Source of the DNA: Octopus sinensis
Lineage: Eukaryota
Length of the DNA: 64,000 bases
Direction: 5' to 3'
Assembly: GCF_006345805.1 (NCBI RefSeq)
Contig: NC_043022.1
Span: 11,470,001 to 11,534,000 of the forward strand
The notes below the pieces were generated by a model. The model was given only the letters and a program-made list of their open reading frames with translations, had not been told where the DNA came from and did no database searches. Position numbers and translations under genes: made by a program. Numbering within the stretch: the stretch's first letter is position 1; each line of letters starts with the position of its first letter. Of the stretch, positions 60,813 through 64,000 are shown in pieces.

Positions 60813-61552
60813 ATATATGTATATAAACCTTTTTCCTGTTTGCTTTAATTCTGGTCTTATCACAAGCTTTCTTATTACCTCTTGAACTATATATTTTTCT
60901 CTTCTCTCGTCTTACTTTTTCTTATGCCAGAGCTTTAATTCACCCCAGCTTGTTTTCAATTACCTCCCTTCGATTCTATACCTCTTTTAAATCTTCAACT
61001 AGTGCTTTGTCTTGGTTTGATTTCATGACTGCTTATTAATTTTCAGGGCAATCTTTGCCTTCGTTTGATTAACTTTTCTCTATCATTTTCCATCTTGTTC
61101 ATCCAATCCATCTGTTCAGCATTATTCAGTGATATTTCTTTAAATTAACACATTTCCCATCTCAAGTCATTACAAATTTCATCTTTTGTCACTGTTCGTT
61201 CATCTCTCCTCAGATTCAATATTACTTGTCTTTCATTGTGCACAAACATCTCTGTATTTTGTATCTTAGATAAATTGAAGATAAATGAATAAATGCCACT
61301 GTTTACAGCTTGTTTATATGATGAGATATATAGCCTTGATCAATAGAACTATTTGGAAAACAGTTGCATTTAAGAACATAGAAGAGAATAAACTCTTTTC
61401 AGTTAATTTCTAAAACTTTTCTTTTTATCTTTTTTTTAAGATCCATAACAGAAATTTATTCTCCACAGTAACTGAAGGGTATTTGCCTTTTAGCAATTGA
61501 AATATGTCACAAACATATTTCAAATAGCTTAAATTCAGCTCATATATATGTA

Positions 61553-62297
61553 TTGTAAGTGTCCTGAGAGAAAAGTTGGACATAAGAAGCATCAGATGTG
61601 GTGTGCAAGAGAGATGACTGCGCTGGCATGGTTATATGTTGCATATGGATAAGGACAGCTGTGTGAAAAAGTGTCACGCCCTAGCAGTAGAGGGAACCTG
61701 TGGAAGAGGTAGACCCAAGAAGACCTGGGATGAGGTGGTGAAGCATGAGCTTCAAACAATGGGCCTCACGATGACAAGTGACCGAGACCTTTGGAGGTAT
61801 ACTGTGCTTGAGAAGACCCAGCAAGCCAAGTGAGACCATAACTGAGGTCTATGCCAGTGTAGCATAACCAGCCCATTTAAGAGCAGCTTTCAATCATTGG
61901 GCAATAAACTGCACTTGCGAAAACCTGTTGAGGCAAGTGAAGTTGTGGCCGATGACAGTACTGTCTGATTGGCACCCATGGTTGTGGCACGTAAAAAGAA
62001 CCATTCAAGCATGATTGTTGCCAGTGCTGCCTGACTAGCCCCCATACCAGTGGCACATAAAAAGCACCATTCGAGCATGGCCGATGCCAGTATAACCTGA
62101 CTGGCCCTCATGCCAGTGGCACATAAAAAGCACCCACTACATTCTCAGAATGGTTGGCATTAGGAAGGGCATCCAACTGTAAAAATATTGCCAGATCAGA
62201 TTGGTGCCTGGTATAGCCTTCTGGCTCGCCAACCTTCAGTCAAACCATCCAACCCATTCCATCATGGAAAGCAGACGTTAAATGATGATGATGATGA
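61553..62297 (+). mobile_element. 5'-truncated RTE copy with 3'UTR and (GAT)n tail
   Basis: LREKLDIRSIRCGVQER*LRWHG...[14 protein letters not shown]; same family as 8505-9357. Confidence 0.88.
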
Positions 62298-62989
62298 TAT
62301 ATATATATAAAATAACATAACACTGGTTTTTATGTATATACCCATGTGTAAACACAGACATATAAACGTATATATGTATCTACATACATGTGCACATACA
62401 TATTGAAGGATATAGTAGAAGACATTTGTCCAGTTTGCAATATAATGGGTTCAAACTTATGAAGCAAATTTTCTAATTACATATCAAGTGCCGCACCTTA
62501 GTGTCATGTAAAATGTTCTTGTGCTGGTGCCATATAAAAGCACTTTGTACACTCAGTGAAGCGGTTGATTTTAGGAAGGGCTTCTGGTCATAGAAACCAT
62601 GCCAAAATAGACAGGTGGAAGCTGGGTAGCTGACCAGCTCCTCTCAAATCGTCCAACCCATGCTAGCATGGCAAGCAGACGTTAAATAATGATGAAAACA
62701 TCATGGCTGCACCTACATGTGTGTGTGCATGTACCTTGTGTGTACAATCAGATGTATGACTGCTACTGTTAACTTTAGAGCTCCATGTAAATCATCATCA
62801 TCATCCAGTCTGTGTCCAGTTTAGTGGTATTGTTATTTCTGGATTTATTAGTATGGCTAGTAGTGATATACAGAGCAAATATAGGAGAAATTATGATAAA
62901 TATTTGATCTGTGTAATATAATGTAATAGAGTGAATCCCCTGAAGGTTCATTGTGGTTAGCCATCCTACTGTACTTAGAACATTCAGTG

Positions 62990-63392
62990 CAGAGTTTCCA
63001 AACAGGGTTAGAGGTATGTGCCTCATTTGAGACGTTACAGTCTGCAACTCCTTTGCTCCCTCCCACTTCCTGGATGCTGCAGTTAATGGGAGGGTCACTG
63101 CTTCCATAGCCGAATGGATGAAAACCCTGAAGTATCGGAACCTGACAGTGAACTATCTCTTCCAACCTGTGGAGTTTGAGACGTTCAAAGGAACTGGGCC
63201 ACTAACTGGGAAGTTCTTGTCAATGTTGGCAGCTTGCCTCACCGAGTTGTCAGGTGATGCCTGTCGGGGTGCTTGGCTTTCCCAATACCTTAGCCTCACC
63301 ATTGCCCGTGGTAATACTGTGAGTTTGCCGGCTTGCTTCAGCAGGTTCTATTAAACCTTGAGGTGTGCAACTAGTTGCCCTCATAAAAAAAA
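62990..63392 (+). mobile_element. Degenerate CRE-like non-LTR retrotransposon 3' fragment (restriction-like endonuclease domain)
   Basis: CLI*DVTVCNSFAPS...AEWMKTLKY...YLFQPVEFET...GKFL...SGD...QYLSLTIARGN resembles the CRE RLE consensus as I recall it; short A tract at 63384-63392. Confidence 0.7.
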
Positions 63393-63560
63393 TCCCCACA
63401 AATAGTTTCAATACAGTTTAAACAGAAAGACTTGGAAGAATTAGATGAAAGTTCTCCAGTAATTTTCTTTCGTGTAAATAAATGTTTATAAATCCTTAAA
63501 TCCTTAAAAATGTTTCAGCCTGAAGGCTGCGGCCATGCTGGGGCACCACCGCTGAATGGA

Positions 63561-63680
63561 ATGCTTACAGCACCTAGGTTTCCCAAGCAGTCACCCATCT
63601 AAGTACTAACTAGGCTCGATGTTGTTTAACTTCGGTGATCAGACAAGAACCGATGCTTTAAAATGTAATATGGCCGTTTA
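63561..63680 (-). pseudogene. Degenerate full-length 5S rRNA-derived sequence (pseudogene or SINE3 head)
   Basis: Reverse complement ACGGCCATATTAC...GTCTGATCACCGAAGTTAAAC...GTTAGTACTTAGATGGGTGACTGCTTGGGAAACCTAGGTGCTGTAAGC is colinear with 5S rRNA, with many substitutions. Confidence 0.9.
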
Positions 63681-64000
63681 TGTTAATTTTAAAATTTGGC
63701 AGCAAAATCTTATAAAATGACGATGTTCTAAATGATACGACAACAGTGAAATATATGCAGGGAACAATGATATAGTCTTGTATTTAACAAAATCTTTCTT
63801 ATTTATGTCATGTGTTTTTGTAAATATCAAATCCTGCTGAGGTCAGTTTTGCATTTTACCTTTCTGCAATAATATATAAGTAGAGAGAGAGAAGTGTTGA
63901 CCATTAATTTTTGAGTGGAACTTGGTAGACAGAAACTCCATAGAAGCCAGTATCTGTTTGGATAAGTATGTACATCTTTCATTGATGTGTATTGATGAGA

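Noticed and set aside
63561-63680. Functional 5S rRNA gene
   Set aside because: Isolated, many helix-breaking substitutions, altered 5' end and no adjacent terminator.

Overview
AT-rich, microsatellite-dense animal DNA. The repeat content looks like coleoid cephalopod (Octopus-like); this is an inference from the repeats, not a database result. The window holds an internal part of one + strand gene, perlecan (HSPG2/trol/unc-52 family). I assembled 34 GT-AG exons (1546-60251) into one stop-free frame of 5125 nt (about 1708 codons) with consistent intron phases. It covers the end of domain III (laminin-EGF, laminin IV/L4, laminin-EGF), 12 Ig repeats of domain IV, and the start of domain V (LG1, EGF, EGF). 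Start and stop codons lie outside the window. Introns hold RTE-clade LINE fragments and 3' tails, several SINE families, an internally deleted piggyBac, a Helitron helicase remnant, a Helentron-like element, a MITE, a CRE-like remnant, a U2 5' fragment and a 5S-derived copy. Best leads: (1) a perfect 25-nt antisense copy of exon sequence in a downstream intron, a possible editing-complementary sequence; (2) several consensus glycines replaced by codons that A-to-I editing would restore; (3) a 5S head joined to a SINE tail (SINE3-like chimera); (4) paired loss of both LG1 disulfide cysteines. Repeat boundaries are approximate. Most ORFs in the supplied track are noise from repeats or intron read-through.
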